This document shows positions 47,477 through 59,095 of a DNA stretch of 64,000 bases, piece by piece. The stretch spans positions 64,001 to 128,000 of IMG/VR virus record IMGVR_UViG_3300001487_000119; one strand, written 5' to 3'. A program made the position numbers and the translations under genes. The notes below the pieces were generated by a model, which made no database searches, was not told where the DNA came from, and saw nothing but the letters and a program-made list of their open reading frames with translations. Position 1 is the stretch's first letter. Each line of letters begins with the position of its first letter. This DNA comes from a virus (Duplodnaviria > Caudoviricetes).

Positions 47477-47980
47477 TTAATTTTCTTCTAATGTTAATTT
47501 ATAAATTTTTTCTTCTAATGGCTCCGATAAACCATTTTTGTATGTTGCATTATTATATAATCCATATGCCACAGATAAATTTATATTTTCATATGTTGGT
47601 GCATATTCTTCATTTTTGTTTTCTTTAATTACAAAATCTGAAAATTTATAAAAGACATCATATTTCCCCATTACGGTTAAAGTACTTCTAAAATAAATTG
47701 TAAAGTTTTTAGTTTCTATATAATATCTAAAATCATCAAAATTTATTGAACACTTATATATACAAGAAAACTTAAAATTAAAAATATATGCAGTTTCTAT
47801 AAAATCTTTCAATATATCTTCTCTACAAAAATATATTGGAAATTCACGCCAAATTTTAATTCCGAATATTGAAATTTGATAATTCAATATGTAAACATCA
47901 CTATCAAAATTATTTGTTTTAAGATGTTTCTTAATTATTTTAATAGGTCTCTGTAATTTTTCTGTTTCCATCTTTGTCAA
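47477..47980 (-). CDS. Hypothetical protein
   Basis: ORF in a tightly packed operon. Confidence 0.5.
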   Translation of the reverse strand: MTKMETEKLQRPIKIIKKHLKTNNFDSDVYILNYQISIFGIKIWREFPIYFCREDILKDFIETAYIFNFKFSCIYKCSINFDDFRYYIETKNFTIYFRSTLTVMGKYDVFYKFSDFVIKENKNEEYAPTYENINLSVAYGLYNNATYKNGLSEPLEEKIYKLTLEEN

Positions 47981-48557
47981 ATTTATTATTATATTCTAAT
48001 AAAAGTTGTTCAATATTTGATTCTCTTTTGCAACACTTGTCATACCATTTGATTCTGAGATTCCAATTTAATCTAATTGGCTGTACAACTTTTTGATTAT
48101 TCAAAATAGTTTTAGCTAACTTAATTTCACGCGTTGTCAATCCTTCAAATCCATCAGTATGCACAAAATTAAATAGTTGTTTATCCAACATATCTCCTTC
48201 ATCATCAAAAATTACATATGATTCAACTTCATCTTCATGTGCATCTAGCCATCTCTGAATTTCATCTCCGCGTTCTCTTCCCATATGATCTGTTACATCA
48301 TATATAGCTTTAGTAAATATGGAATCCTCAGTAATTGTCCCGTTTGCTTGCTTTGCCCATCCATTAAAAAGTTTATTTATAAAATGCTCTGCATTTTTAC
48401 TTCCGGTACTCCAAGAAGATGATACAACAATTTTAGCATCTGTTTCCTTTATAAGTTCTTCTAATAATGCTACTTTTTCTGGATCCAAATGCCATCTGCA
48501 TTCTGGTGTGGAAATGACACCGTCAAAATCAAGAAATATGATTTTCAGTTTTTTCAT
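47940..48557 (-). CDS. HAD-superfamily (Swiss-army-knife RNA-repair-like) phosphatase domain protein
   Basis: IIFLDFDGV, KIVVSSSW, RGDEIQRWL, YVIFDD. Confidence 0.8.
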   Translation of the reverse strand: MKKLKIIFLDFDGVISTPECRWHLDPEKVALLEELIKETDAKIVVSSSWSTGSKNAEHFINKLFNGWAKQANGTITEDSIFTKAIYDVTDHMGRERGDEIQRWLDAHEDEVESYVIFDDEGDMLDKQLFNFVHTDGFEGLTTREIKLAKTILNNQKVVQPIRLNWNLRIKWYDKCCKRESNIEQLLLEYNNKFDKDGNRKITETY

Positions 48558-48728
48558 TTATGCAATAAGGTTTCCGTCAACATAGAAATCTTCATTATTT
48601 CTACATTCCCAATTTTTAATATAGCCCTTTCGACACATATAAGAAACTAATGGGTAATAAACAGTTTCATCGTTGTTGCTATATTCTTTTACAGCTTCAA
48701 TAATGTCCAATGCTTCTTCATTTGTCAT
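48558..48728 (-). CDS. Small hypothetical protein
   Basis: MTNEEALDII..., packed within the operon. Confidence 0.45.
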   Translation of the reverse strand: MTNEEALDIIEAVKEYSNNDETVYYPLVSYMCRKGYIKNWECRNNEDFYVDGNLIA

Positions 48729-49056
48729 ATTCTTTGTATTTTTCATTTAAAAATTTTCTTAGTTTTCCAATATGCACATATTCAGCTTTTGCATGTTGGC
48801 AATCTTTATCAAATTCAAATTCAGACAAATCTAAATTTGTTATTCCAAACTTCTCATTCAACATAGTTGGTAGCCAATCATCTGAATCTTTTAGATATAC
48901 TTCCAAATCTCCTTTTAAAATATAAAAATTCTCACCATTATATCTTGCAGATGATTCGCGTAGTGTCATTATAAAAGCCACAACTAAATCTCCGACTTTT
49001 GTTAATTTAGTAATATCGAAATCTTTATCAAAAATATCAATTTTCATCGTCTTCAA
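48718..49056 (-). CDS. Hypothetical protein
   Basis: Overlapping operon ORF. Confidence 0.5.
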   Translation of the reverse strand: MKTMKIDIFDKDFDITKLTKVGDLVVAFIMTLRESSARYNGENFYILKGDLEVYLKDSDDWLPTMLNEKFGITNLDLSEFEFDKDCQHAKAEYVHIGKLRKFLNEKYKEYDK

Positions 49057-49534
49057 ATTTTTCTTTTAAGCGAAGATATTCTTTATATTCACAATCTTCA
49101 TCTTTTTCAAATTTTTCTTTTAGACGAAGATATTCTTTATATTCATAATCTTCCTTGTCTTTTTTATGCTTTTCAATAATAGCAAGTTCTTCTTCATCAG
49201 TAAATTGCCAAATATCAAAATCTCTTAAAATTCGAATATATGGACTATATATGATTTTATTATCACTGTTTACGTGCATATAAAGACGAAAATTTCCACT
49301 ATTCCAGTTTTGCGGTTCAATAATAAGTTCATTACCTAATTTTGGTTCGTCGTCATCATCATACCCAGTACCTAATGCTATAAATGTTTTGTCTGTAAAC
49401 GTAATAATACACATGTGTGTATCATAATTGCCAGTATTGGTAAATGCAACTTTATCTACCACTTTATTCTTTAATAGATCATAGTCAGAATCATCATGTA
49501 GAAAAATTTGTTTATAATCGTTATTTCGTACCAT
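49037..49534 (-). CDS. Hypothetical protein with C-terminal tandem repeat
   Basis: EYKEYLRLKEKFE twice; AAAC-N17-TATAAT upstream. Confidence 0.6.
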   Translation of the reverse strand: MVRNNDYKQIFLHDDSDYDLLKNKVVDKVAFTNTGNYDTHMCIITFTDKTFIALGTGYDDDDEPKLGNELIIEPQNWNSGNFRLYMHVNSDNKIIYSPYIRILRDFDIWQFTDEEELAIIEKHKKDKEDYEYKEYLRLKEKFEKDEDCEYKEYLRLKEKFEDDEN

Positions 49535-49661
49535 AATTTTAAAATATTTTTTAATAATTCAAATATTATAAATCAAAAAATGATAAAGTTTCAAAAAAAT
49601 GAGGGACTTTCACAAGCACCTCATTCCAAAAATACCAATATACATATGAAACATATATTAA

Positions 49662-50390
49662 TTACATCTTTTGAAGCTCTTCATCATTTGGAACAGCCTC
49701 ACCGATAAATGCATCATGAAGCTCGATGAATTCTTCAAGTTCAGTAATCTTAAAATCAAACTTAATACCAGCAGTTGCAATATTAATGCGTTCGCGCATA
49801 AGTTTGAGTTTTTTATCAATATTTGACAATTGTCTAATAATCTCAAGAACATTTTGAAGAATATGACTGTATGTTACAAAATTCTCGTCATCTTTCTTCT
49901 CAACTTTTTCAATATCAAAACCTTCTAATTCTGCCATTGCTTTTGCAGATTCAAGTCCAACACCAGCAGGATTAGACATGGTTTGATAAAGATACATAAG
50001 TGTTGCATAATCAACTTCAAATGGAAGTGTAGCATCAGCTTTATATTTCTCAATAGCTTCAGAAATAACTTTATCAAACATAAGCATTCCCTTCCATGTT
50101 CCCTTCTCCCAATGATTCAAAGTTGCATTCCAATTCTTAAGGAGTTTTGCAAATGCAAGTGCATCATGATCCATAATAACATATGTTTTATTTGCATATT
50201 TTGCAACTTCTTTATCAAATTCTGCTTTAGCTTTATCAACATCTTCTTTAGTTGCTTCCTCATCATAAACATTAAGCCATTTACCAAACTTTTCACGAAG
50301 ATCTTTACGGAATTTATCATGCAGTTTCTTTAATTGCTCGTCACTCATTTGAGTTGCATCTACTTTTTCATTAGTTTTCTTGTTTGCCAT
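49662..50390 (-). CDS. Hypothetical helical protein
   Basis: 242 aa ORF. Confidence 0.65.
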   Translation of the reverse strand: MANKKTNEKVDATQMSDEQLKKLHDKFRKDLREKFGKWLNVYDEEATKEDVDKAKAEFDKEVAKYANKTYVIMDHDALAFAKLLKNWNATLNHWEKGTWKGMLMFDKVISEAIEKYKADATLPFEVDYATLMYLYQTMSNPAGVGLESAKAMAELEGFDIEKVEKKDDENFVTYSHILQNVLEIIRQLSNIDKKLKLMRERINIATAGIKFDFKITELEEFIELHDAFIGEAVPNDEELQKM

Positions 50391-50392
50391 AA

Positions 50393-50623
50393 TTAAATCG
50401 ATTTAATTTTATTTTTATAATGTTTTCTTCTAGCTTCTTTTTCCCTATATTCATCCATTGTCATATAAAATTTTCTTGGAATGGTAATATACTTAAAATG
50501 GTCAAGCTGATCCCAATTACCTACGCATGGTACAGTTTCAGCTAATTTATATTTAAAATAATGAATGGATGTATTTTTATTTTGTGTTTTTCTATTTATG
50601 ATTTTTAATCCTTTAGTTTTCAT
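50393..50623 (-). CDS. Small basic hypothetical protein
   Basis: 76 aa ORF. Confidence 0.45.
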   Translation of the reverse strand: MKTKGLKIINRKTQNKNTSIHYFKYKLAETVPCVGNWDQLDHFKYITIPRKFYMTMDEYREKEARRKHYKNKIKSI

Positions 50624-50651
50624 TTTTTCTTTGATATATTTTATTTTTATA

Positions 50652-50867
50652 TTATTTTGTAATTTTCATTAATGGATGTTGTCTAGCATATTCAATACCA
50701 TAAATGTTTACGAGATACTTGTCTAAAATCAAATTATTTTCATATATAACCTTATTTGGTTTAAATCCGTATTCATCATAATCTGAACGTTTTGGTTCTG
50801 GATCATATCTCCCACTAAATGACTAATCATTTTTCCATTTATTATAATCCTTTTCGTAATCAGTCAT
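50652..50867 (-). CDS. Small hypothetical protein (1 TAG)
   Basis: MTDYEKDYNKWKND(Q)SFSG...; ends TAA. Confidence 0.45.
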
Positions 50868-50877
50868 AACTTAAAAA

Positions 50878-51087
50878 TTATTTTTTCTTTGTTATACTTC
50901 TATATTTCTTAGCTGCACAAGAATCACATGTTATTAATAAATCTTGCTCACTGTCAAATTCCTATTCAAAATTTTTAATATTTTTAGCATTATTGAATAT
51001 CTATCCGGTATATTGAATATCTATATAGCCAGTACCCTATTTAATTATTTTCTAGCCATAAAAATATATATTCCTATAAACTTTCAT
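50878..51087 (-). CDS. Small hypothetical protein (4 TAG in 69 codons)
   Basis: MKVYRNIYFYG(Q)KIIK(Q)...; fills the gap between neighbouring genes. Confidence 0.4.
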
Positions 51088-51092
51088 ACTAA

Positions 51093-51626
51093 TTACAATA
51101 AAACTATTAACAATGTAATTAAACCCCCCAGAATGATACTGTTTATACCAATAAAGGATGCTAATTCCCATTTGAAATTAGGAAATCTATCTAAAATTGG
51201 TGCATACTTCCATTCAACAACATAAGAACATGAAACCGTTTCTAAAATTTCACCACTTTGTTTATTGTCATTATCAAATTCTTCAATATAGTAAAAATTA
51301 GGTGCTTCAAAATAATCTCCCCAATTAATATCGGTTGCAATATATCTTGTTATCGGTAAAACAGCCTCTTGAAGTTTTTGGTATTTCATTATATCCGAAC
51401 CTGCTAATTGAAAATTTTCCGGAATAGAAACAATACCAGTAATAGCAGTCATATCTTCATTAACTGCTAATCTATATTCATTAAACTTTGATTTTGGATC
51501 TGCAATTTCTTGTTGAATGTCTATTAGAAATTGTTTTCTATTATCTCTATCAATCTTTATTTGTTTTAGATTGTTAAAAAATTGTTGAATTCGCTTTCCA
51601 AATTTAGTTTTTAGTTTCATAATCAA
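51093..51626 (-). CDS. Hypothetical protein with C-terminal transmembrane helix
   Basis: Ends FIGINSIILGGLITLLIVLL. Confidence 0.6.
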   Translation of the reverse strand: MIMKLKTKFGKRIQQFFNNLKQIKIDRDNRKQFLIDIQQEIADPKSKFNEYRLAVNEDMTAITGIVSIPENFQLAGSDIMKYQKLQEAVLPITRYIATDINWGDYFEAPNFYYIEEFDNDNKQSGEILETVSCSYVVEWKYAPILDRFPNFKWELASFIGINSIILGGLITLLIVLL

Positions 51627-51717
51627 TATATTGATTTTAATATTTTATGTAAAGTATTTATTTTTGTTTATTTATAAAAAGAAAAGCATCTGATTTCTCA
51701 GATACTTTTAATAAAAA

Positions 51718-52584
51718 TCAATAATGTCCGAACTAACAAAGATCTAGCGCACCGTTCATATCTACATATGTGTCTACCAAATCTTTGTGATTAATTGTCA
51801 GAATTCGTTTAAGATTTTCTTTACCGCGATAAAGATAGTTCTTAACAGTAGATTCATTCATTGATAACTCATCCGCAATTTCACGGATTTTCTTTCCATC
51901 AACAAGTTTCATATGAAGAATCTTGCCTCCAATACCCGGAATATGCGACATCTCTGCAACAGATACATCATAAAGCTCTTTTGTAATATCAGAAAAATCA
52001 CTTGAAATAAATTCAGCTCCGTTGAAAACGCCATTCTCGAATTCAGAAATATTCTGAATATAAGATTGGGAACGATTAACCATCTCAGAATCATAAATGT
52101 CTGCAATATCGTTATCAACAATATTCAGTTTTGTCTGGTTTTTGATAAATCCAAGACAATTGTTGCGGCAAATTGTCCACAACCAAGTCGAGAACTTTGC
52201 TACATTAGGATCATAAGAATCAATTTTATTAAATGCATTAATAAAGGTTTCAATAGTCATATCATATGCATCATCATTGTTTTTTACAAACCCGAATGCA
52301 TATTGCTTAATACCATACCAAAAAAATTCCTGAAGTGCTGTCCATGACTTTTCAGATTTAGTTGCCAAGAAATCATTAACTAATGCATCAGCTTGAATAT
52401 TAATTTTCTTTTTTGGACGCCCAGCTTTTCTCTCTGCTTTTTCGGCAAGCTTCATTGATTCTTGAATTTCTTCATCAGTTACATTAAGTAATACATCAAT
52501 TTCTTGATTTTCATCATTCATGTTTACATCATTCATTTGTGAAAGCTCCGATTCAATTAACATTTCAAAATTGTTATTTACCAT
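51718..52584 (-). CDS. Phage RNA polymerase sigma factor (sigma70/ECF-like)
   Basis: Region 2 DAYDMTIETFINAF..IDSYDP..AKFSTWLWTICRN; region 4 IREIADELSMNESTVKNYLYRGK; TAG at 51733 then TGA at 51718. Confidence 0.88.
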
Positions 52585-52650
52585 ACGATTTTTACTGTTT
52601 TTGTATTTGTTGTTATTATACTTTTTAATTTATGATATTAATTTATAATA

Positions 52651-52864
52651 CAAAGATTGTACTTTTTTATTAAACCAAAAAATAGAAGTTATATTTTATT
52701 TTTATTTTTTTACATAATTAAATAGCACATGTAAGCACCTTTTTATTTTTTACAGTGCAAAATTATTGCTTTTTCATAAATTAAAAAATAGAAGTTAATT
52801 TTTATTGATTTCTTGATTATATTTATTTATGTTTATATTATTTTATTTTTATATTGCAAATATA
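52651..52864 (-). promoter_or_regulatory. Bacteroidetes-type -7 promoters (TAnnTTTG) upstream of the sigma gene
   Basis: Minus-strand TAATTTTG (52758-52765), TATATTTG (52857-52864) and near match at 52651; duplicated aaaaatagaagtta at about 52677 and 52783. Confidence 0.5.
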
Positions 52865-52966
52865 CAAAAAAGTTTTGAAAAAAAAATGCATTTTTTAGTT
52901 ATTTTTTCAATTTTTGATCAATGAAATAATTAAAATAAATAAAAAAAGTATATTCTATAATAGTAT

Positions 52967-55900
52967 ATGAAGATTTTAAAGCAGAAATATCATGGCCTTC
53001 CAGGTTTAGGAATTAACGGAAAAATCGGTGAATAGGGTGTTAAGGCTGAATCTATTTATATGGGCTATATAAATGATTTTTTTGATGGTGAAGATATTAG
53101 TGTTGGTACACTTATTTATGCAGCTAAACGAACATTCAATCATCCAAATGCTAGTACACTAGATGCATCTACTATAGAAGCAGCGTGGGCTGTTACTTAG
53201 CAAGAATTAAATGTTTTTCATACTCCTAATACTATATTAAAGAGTGCTGTTGAAAATTCTAGTAACAGCTCAACTTCATATATTAATTTTAAAACATTTT
53301 ATTATACTGGAACACGTTTAACAGATGATAAAATTGTTGATGACATATTTTCAGGTAATAGTTCAATATCTGATGCAAGTCTTGCAAAATTTGTTGAATT
53401 AGATTTAACTGGTGATTTTATTTCAATGTCATTTATGTTAAAAACTGCAGATAATCCTGAAAATAATTTAGATTTTAAACAATATAAATCTGAATATGAT
53501 ACAAAATTAAGTAATATGGATACTCATGATTTTTCACAATAGGGTCATGAAATTTATAATGAATACAATATTACTGATGAAAAAACATATAGAAAATTTG
53601 ATGATTCTGCCATAATATATGGAAAATTTTATGATGATTAGAATGATAGATATTTAATATATTTGCCATATGATACAAATGATGCAATATATAAATCATC
53701 TTCTGCAGCAGGAATAGCTGCAGAAGACGGAAGTTTATTATTAAATGAACAATATAGAAACTATTATGAAAATCATGGTGAATTTAATTATGTTAAAGAA
53801 TATATACCAAATAATAATGATTTATTACTTACAGATGTAAACACACATTATGCTAAATTAGATTCTAGTAAATTAGAAACCAGCATATTTTATGGTGATA
53901 ACAATATTAGCTTTTTAATTAACGGTGTTGAAACCGGTGATAAAGCATATTGGAATGAATTTTATAAAACATCATTTACTGCAAAAATATTATCAAAAAG
54001 CACATTAATACCTAATTATAGTTTGTATCAAGATGATGATTTATTAGACAGCGAAAATAATGCATTTTATGGTGTAGCATCACCGGTATTATTTAATAAT
54101 AAAGGTGATAGTAGCATATCAATTAATAATGAAGGTATTAATAAAATAAGTTCGCTTATTACAGATCCTGATTATATACAAAGAATAATTGACGGTAAAA
54201 ATAATGTTAATATATTATTAAATGACAAAAATGGTTTAAATATATTTTATTCTTTGAATGATACAGAAAGCTCATTATTTGTTCCGTCTACATTAAGCAG
54301 TTACTATAAACCAGGTGATGTATTATATTTTTATGCAGATAGTTATGCATTTAATAATATTAGTGATCAAAATTATAAAAATATAATGTATATGGTAGTA
54401 TTAACTGAAGATTTAATGGGTTGTACGCCATTACAATTAATGAGTGCAGCATAGTTAATATCACCGCTAGAAATTAAAAACTTTTCATTTAACAATAATA
54501 ACCGTGTTTGCAACTATAATAATATTGCCGTATTATTAAATGACACATCTGTTTCAAATAATACTAAAAAATTAGCATTATCTAATAAATCATATATTGG
54601 TATTGCTGATAATTATACAGATGCACCGGTTATATTAGCCGCTAAAGATGGTTCTATATTTAATAATTTTGTGGCTGTAGATTCTAGCGTTGCATTAAAT
54701 GGTAATGTTAGTAATAATTTATTTAATATTGATGTATCTGATAATATACCTATTAAATTAAATAATCTTAATATTGTATCAAATAATATAACCGAAGAAA
54801 CAAATGTTGAATTATATAATCATATATATGATTCAAATATTAAGTTTGATAATGAAAAATTTATTAAACCTCTATTAGATTTAGATTTATATTATGATAC
54901 TAATAATACAGCATTATTATCATAGACATTAAACGGTTCTGATTATTTTTATGATATTGAAAATTTATATGGTTATTTTTACGGCTGTGATATTTATAAT
55001 AGTGATATGAAAAAGATACAAACTATTACAAGTATCGATAAAATGTTAACAATTGATTTAATTCCTGATGTAAATAATACTGTTTATTATTTCCAAATGT
55101 TTGCATCATGCAGTAATAGTTTAAAATATTACAGTAAATTAACATAGCTTACATTAACATATAAATTAAATAAGTATTATGGTGAAGAAAAAGAAATAAA
55201 AATATTAGATAGAACATATTATAGTAGTCCGATAGGACAATTTTCAACAGTTATTAAAAAGAAAAAAATGCCAAAAAGAAGAACAGTAACAGAACGATAT
55301 GAAATTGATAAAATTAAAATTGAATTATTAGGATTAGATCAACATATTGTTAAAGAACAAAAATTTGGAAATATATTCTTTGATTTAACTGATATTAATG
55401 CGGAAAAAGTAGATGCTTCATTATTTGTATATACAGAAGATCCATCTATTATAATTGATGATATATTATTTAATCATAGGAGCTGTGAATATAATGAAGA
55501 TATTAAGGTTAATAATTGGTCTATTATTACACCAAATACCGATTCAGGATTAGATGCATCTGTATTTAATATTGATTTAAGTTCAAATCTTCCGGCATTT
55601 AATAATTCAACCGGTATATGTAAAAATATTCAAGAATATATTATATTAGGTTCTGAACATATTGAAGAAAATAGTAATAATAGTGAATCAAAATTATTTA
55701 ATTTATTAAGCAATTCAAATTATATTAAGCCGGCAAGTATGCAAAGATCTATATTGGTTACTGCAAAATACCATTATAAAGATCATCCATATGAATATTA
55801 CTATGAAAATTATAATATAGTTCAACCAGGATTTAAAGATACTCGTGATGTACCTGTATTTGAATTAAACACACATACTTCAATACATGAATTAGAATCA

Positions 55901-57943
55901 TATAATTCAATAGATAATGGTGTCCTTAATAACCAATTTGTAACATACATTGATATTAATATTAAAGATTTCAAAAAATAGTGGGGATAGTTTATAGTTG
56001 ATCCGTCTATTAAAATTTCAATGGATGTTAGTATTGCTAATATTGATTATGATTTAAATTGGCAATATAATTATATTGTTGAGCAATTAACATCTCGCCG
56101 TACATTTAAAGTAATTTTGGAAGATATTGATTCATCCATAACTAAACTTAATAATTATGTAAAATTAACAACATCATTATTTGAAACCAGCAATAATTTA
56201 TTAACAAAAAATACTAATAATTGTAATAGTATAAACGGTAGTTTAAATTGTGGTGGTAGTTATAATATTGATTCAAGCTTTATATTATATAATACACCGG
56301 ATAATACTAAAGGAATAAAACCATTAATTGTCGATAATTATATTTTATGTGATAAGCAATTTATAGATATTCATAAAAATTCTAATTTAATGTATAATGG
56401 TTTACAAAATAATATAATGATTGGATTATCTGATATACCTATTTCAGATGATATTGATACAATTAAACTTAAATTATCATTGGAAATGGGTAATCCGATG
56501 TTAGCTAATATGTATTTTAGATTTGTTGTTAAACATATTAATATAAAAGTTAATATTGATAATAGCGATACTCCTAGTATATTTACAACATTTGTTCCAA
56601 ATACATTTAATGTTGATACAAAAAATACATATTTGGCTAATATATATGCAGATGTTAATACTTCACGTAAAATTAATCGTGTAAATTATAAATATATTTC
56701 AAACCCGATAGATATAACATTTAATCCGTTATCATATACAGTTTGTCCGAATGATGCCGAAACTACATATACAAATATATATGGCAGTTTAGACAAGTAC
56801 GGTATTAAAGATCAAATCAAGAAAGAACTTAAATTCTTTAATTCATCTGTATATGAGCATAATCCATATAATTATACAGGAAAACAAATACGTGAACATA
56901 GCTATTATCCGTTTAATAATCTTTATATTAAAAAATCTTATATACAAGATAATGTTAAGGCTATTAATGTAAAACCTGTTTCATTATGGGATGTAATTCA
57001 AAAAACAAATTTAACAACATTATCTTCTAGTATTAATGAAGAATTAAAGCAACATAATGTTTTAGATTTTATTGAAGGTAACAAATATTTAAGTATTGTA
57101 TATAATTCTGTTATTATGTCACCGAGAATTAGAAATGACAAATATTGTTTCTATTATAATGATAATTTATATCCGCGTGCTAAATATGATCAAAAAGTTA
57201 ATAATATGCCTGTATTTGCATATGATACACAGTCTATAGAATTACGTGATGACATTTTAATTAATTCAATGGATAAATGGAATGATTATTATACAGAACA
57301 TAAAACTTTTGATTCTGAAAAAGCATATCATGGTGTTTTAAGTTTATATGGTAATGGTTATACTCAAATAGTAGATGATATCAGCACTGATATATTTAAT
57401 GAATATGTTATGGATCTTAAGAAAGTAAAAAATCAAAATGATGTATCTATTAATTTATATTCCGGAATTAATGAAGTTGATATCAATCCGATGAAACAAG
57501 ATCAACCGAATAATAAAGAATATTTTAGAGGGTTCTTATATGATATAAACTGGGAATTCCCATATTATGATAATAAAAATGAAATAATTCCATATAGAAT
57601 AGTATCACCATTTGATAATTTCTTAAATAATACTAGTACTAATATTCAAGAAATTTATCAAGATTATTATAATGCATTAACAGACTTAACAGATGCTTCA
57701 TATGGCACTAATATGGTTCCATCTAATTTATTATTTGATATTAATCCGCGTATTGCATATAATTTTGAAAATAATGGTGTAAATGTTTTAATGTTAAGAC
57801 GCCCATCTATTGGAACTGATACTGATAATATTAGTACTTCTACAGATTTTAAAGAAAAATATGAATTTAATAATCAGTTATTTGATTTAGTATCTGCAAT
57901 AGAAAAATTATCATCACCATATATTATAAAATCAAATGAATAA
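52967..57943 (+). CDS. Very large Asn-rich protein, 1658 aa, probably virion structural (9 TAG)
   Basis: ORFs 53663, 54671, 55268 and 56021 all in frame with ATG 52967 and separated only by TAG; collagen-like GLPGLGINGKIGE(Q)G start; late-type promoter. Confidence 0.72.
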
Positions 57944-58246
57944 AATAACTGAATTAAATTATATTAAATTTGAAAATAGATAACTAATGCATTAAACCAG
58001 GATTCTGTAAATCGAAGACAACATCATTAATCAGAATGAATTTCAGATATTGAAATAAACTTCATTATTAAAATAATAAAACCACTAAACATACTTTAAA
58101 TGCTTAGTGGTTTTTGTTTGTTTATATTAAATTTAAAATAAATCTATTAACCGGAATAACTAACATTAGTTATTTTATGATAGGTTGAGAAAAAAGTTTT
58201 TTTGCAGTGAAAATAAATATATTGATAACAAAAAATATATAGAATA

Positions 58247-58951
58247 ATGAAAAGAGATAATAAAAAAGCTTTATATGAAAGCATTATGACTTCTATAGCT
58301 AAAGAAGTTAAAAAAGCATTAAATGAATATGATAGTTGGACTACTACAACATTGGATGTGATAACATAGGATGAAGAACAATCTGATGCTGATTTTGTAG
58401 ATTTGGGACTATCAGTTAAGTGGGCTAAGTATAATTTAGGTGCAACACCAGGTAAAAATGCTAAAGATTGGTATGGTGATTTTTATGCATGGGGTGAAAC
58501 TGAACCAAAATTAGATTATAAAATGAATAATTATAAATTAAACAATTATAATGACAAATATCATTAGGGTAAAAAGATGGTTCTTGATCCTAATGATGAT
58601 GCTGCGACTGTTAATTATGGCAAACCTTGGAGAATGCCAACAAAAGAAGAAATAAGAGAATTATTAAAACATACTACTAATCGTTGGGTTACTAATTATA
58701 AAGGAATTAAAGGATTAAATGGCCGATTATTTATTAGTAAAATAAACGGTAATTCAATTTTTATTCCTGCGGCTGGTTATTGTGAAGGTTCTGATATTAA
58801 TGATGTTGGTTCTTATTGCTACCTATGGTCTTCAAGTCTTAATTTAGACTACACATATGATGCATACTACTTTGACTTTAATTCAGACCATATTATTGCG
58901 TTAAGCTGCAATCGTTGCGATGGTTTTTCAGTTCGTCCTGTCATGGCTTAA
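58247..58951 (+). CDS. Leader-A + VDLGL lectin-like domain protein (2 TAG)
   Basis: MKRDNKKALYESIMTSIAKEVKKALNE...FVDLGLSVKWAKYNLGA...WRMPT...GFSVRPVMA. Confidence 0.82.
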
Positions 58952-58980
58952 GGATTTACTACTCACTGAAAATAAGAAAT

Positions 58981-59030
58981 AAAAATGGTGAAACTGCTGG
59001 TTCAAACCCGTATAAAGTTTCACCATTTTT
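58981..59030. terminator. 15-bp stem hairpin with 20-nt loop
   Basis: aaaaatggtgaaact / agtttcaccattttt. Confidence 0.6.
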
Positions 59031-59095
59031 CTATTTAATAACTAATAAACAATATCATAAAACCGTTATATAATAATAAAATAATAAAGGCTTTA

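Noticed and set aside
58996-59012. tRNA gene (GGTTCAAACCC T-arm-like)
   Set aside because: No acceptor stem, D arm or anticodon arm; the motif is the loop of a hairpin
57944-59095. Complete DGR locus
   Set aside because: No reverse transcriptase and no AAC-rich template repeat found in the window
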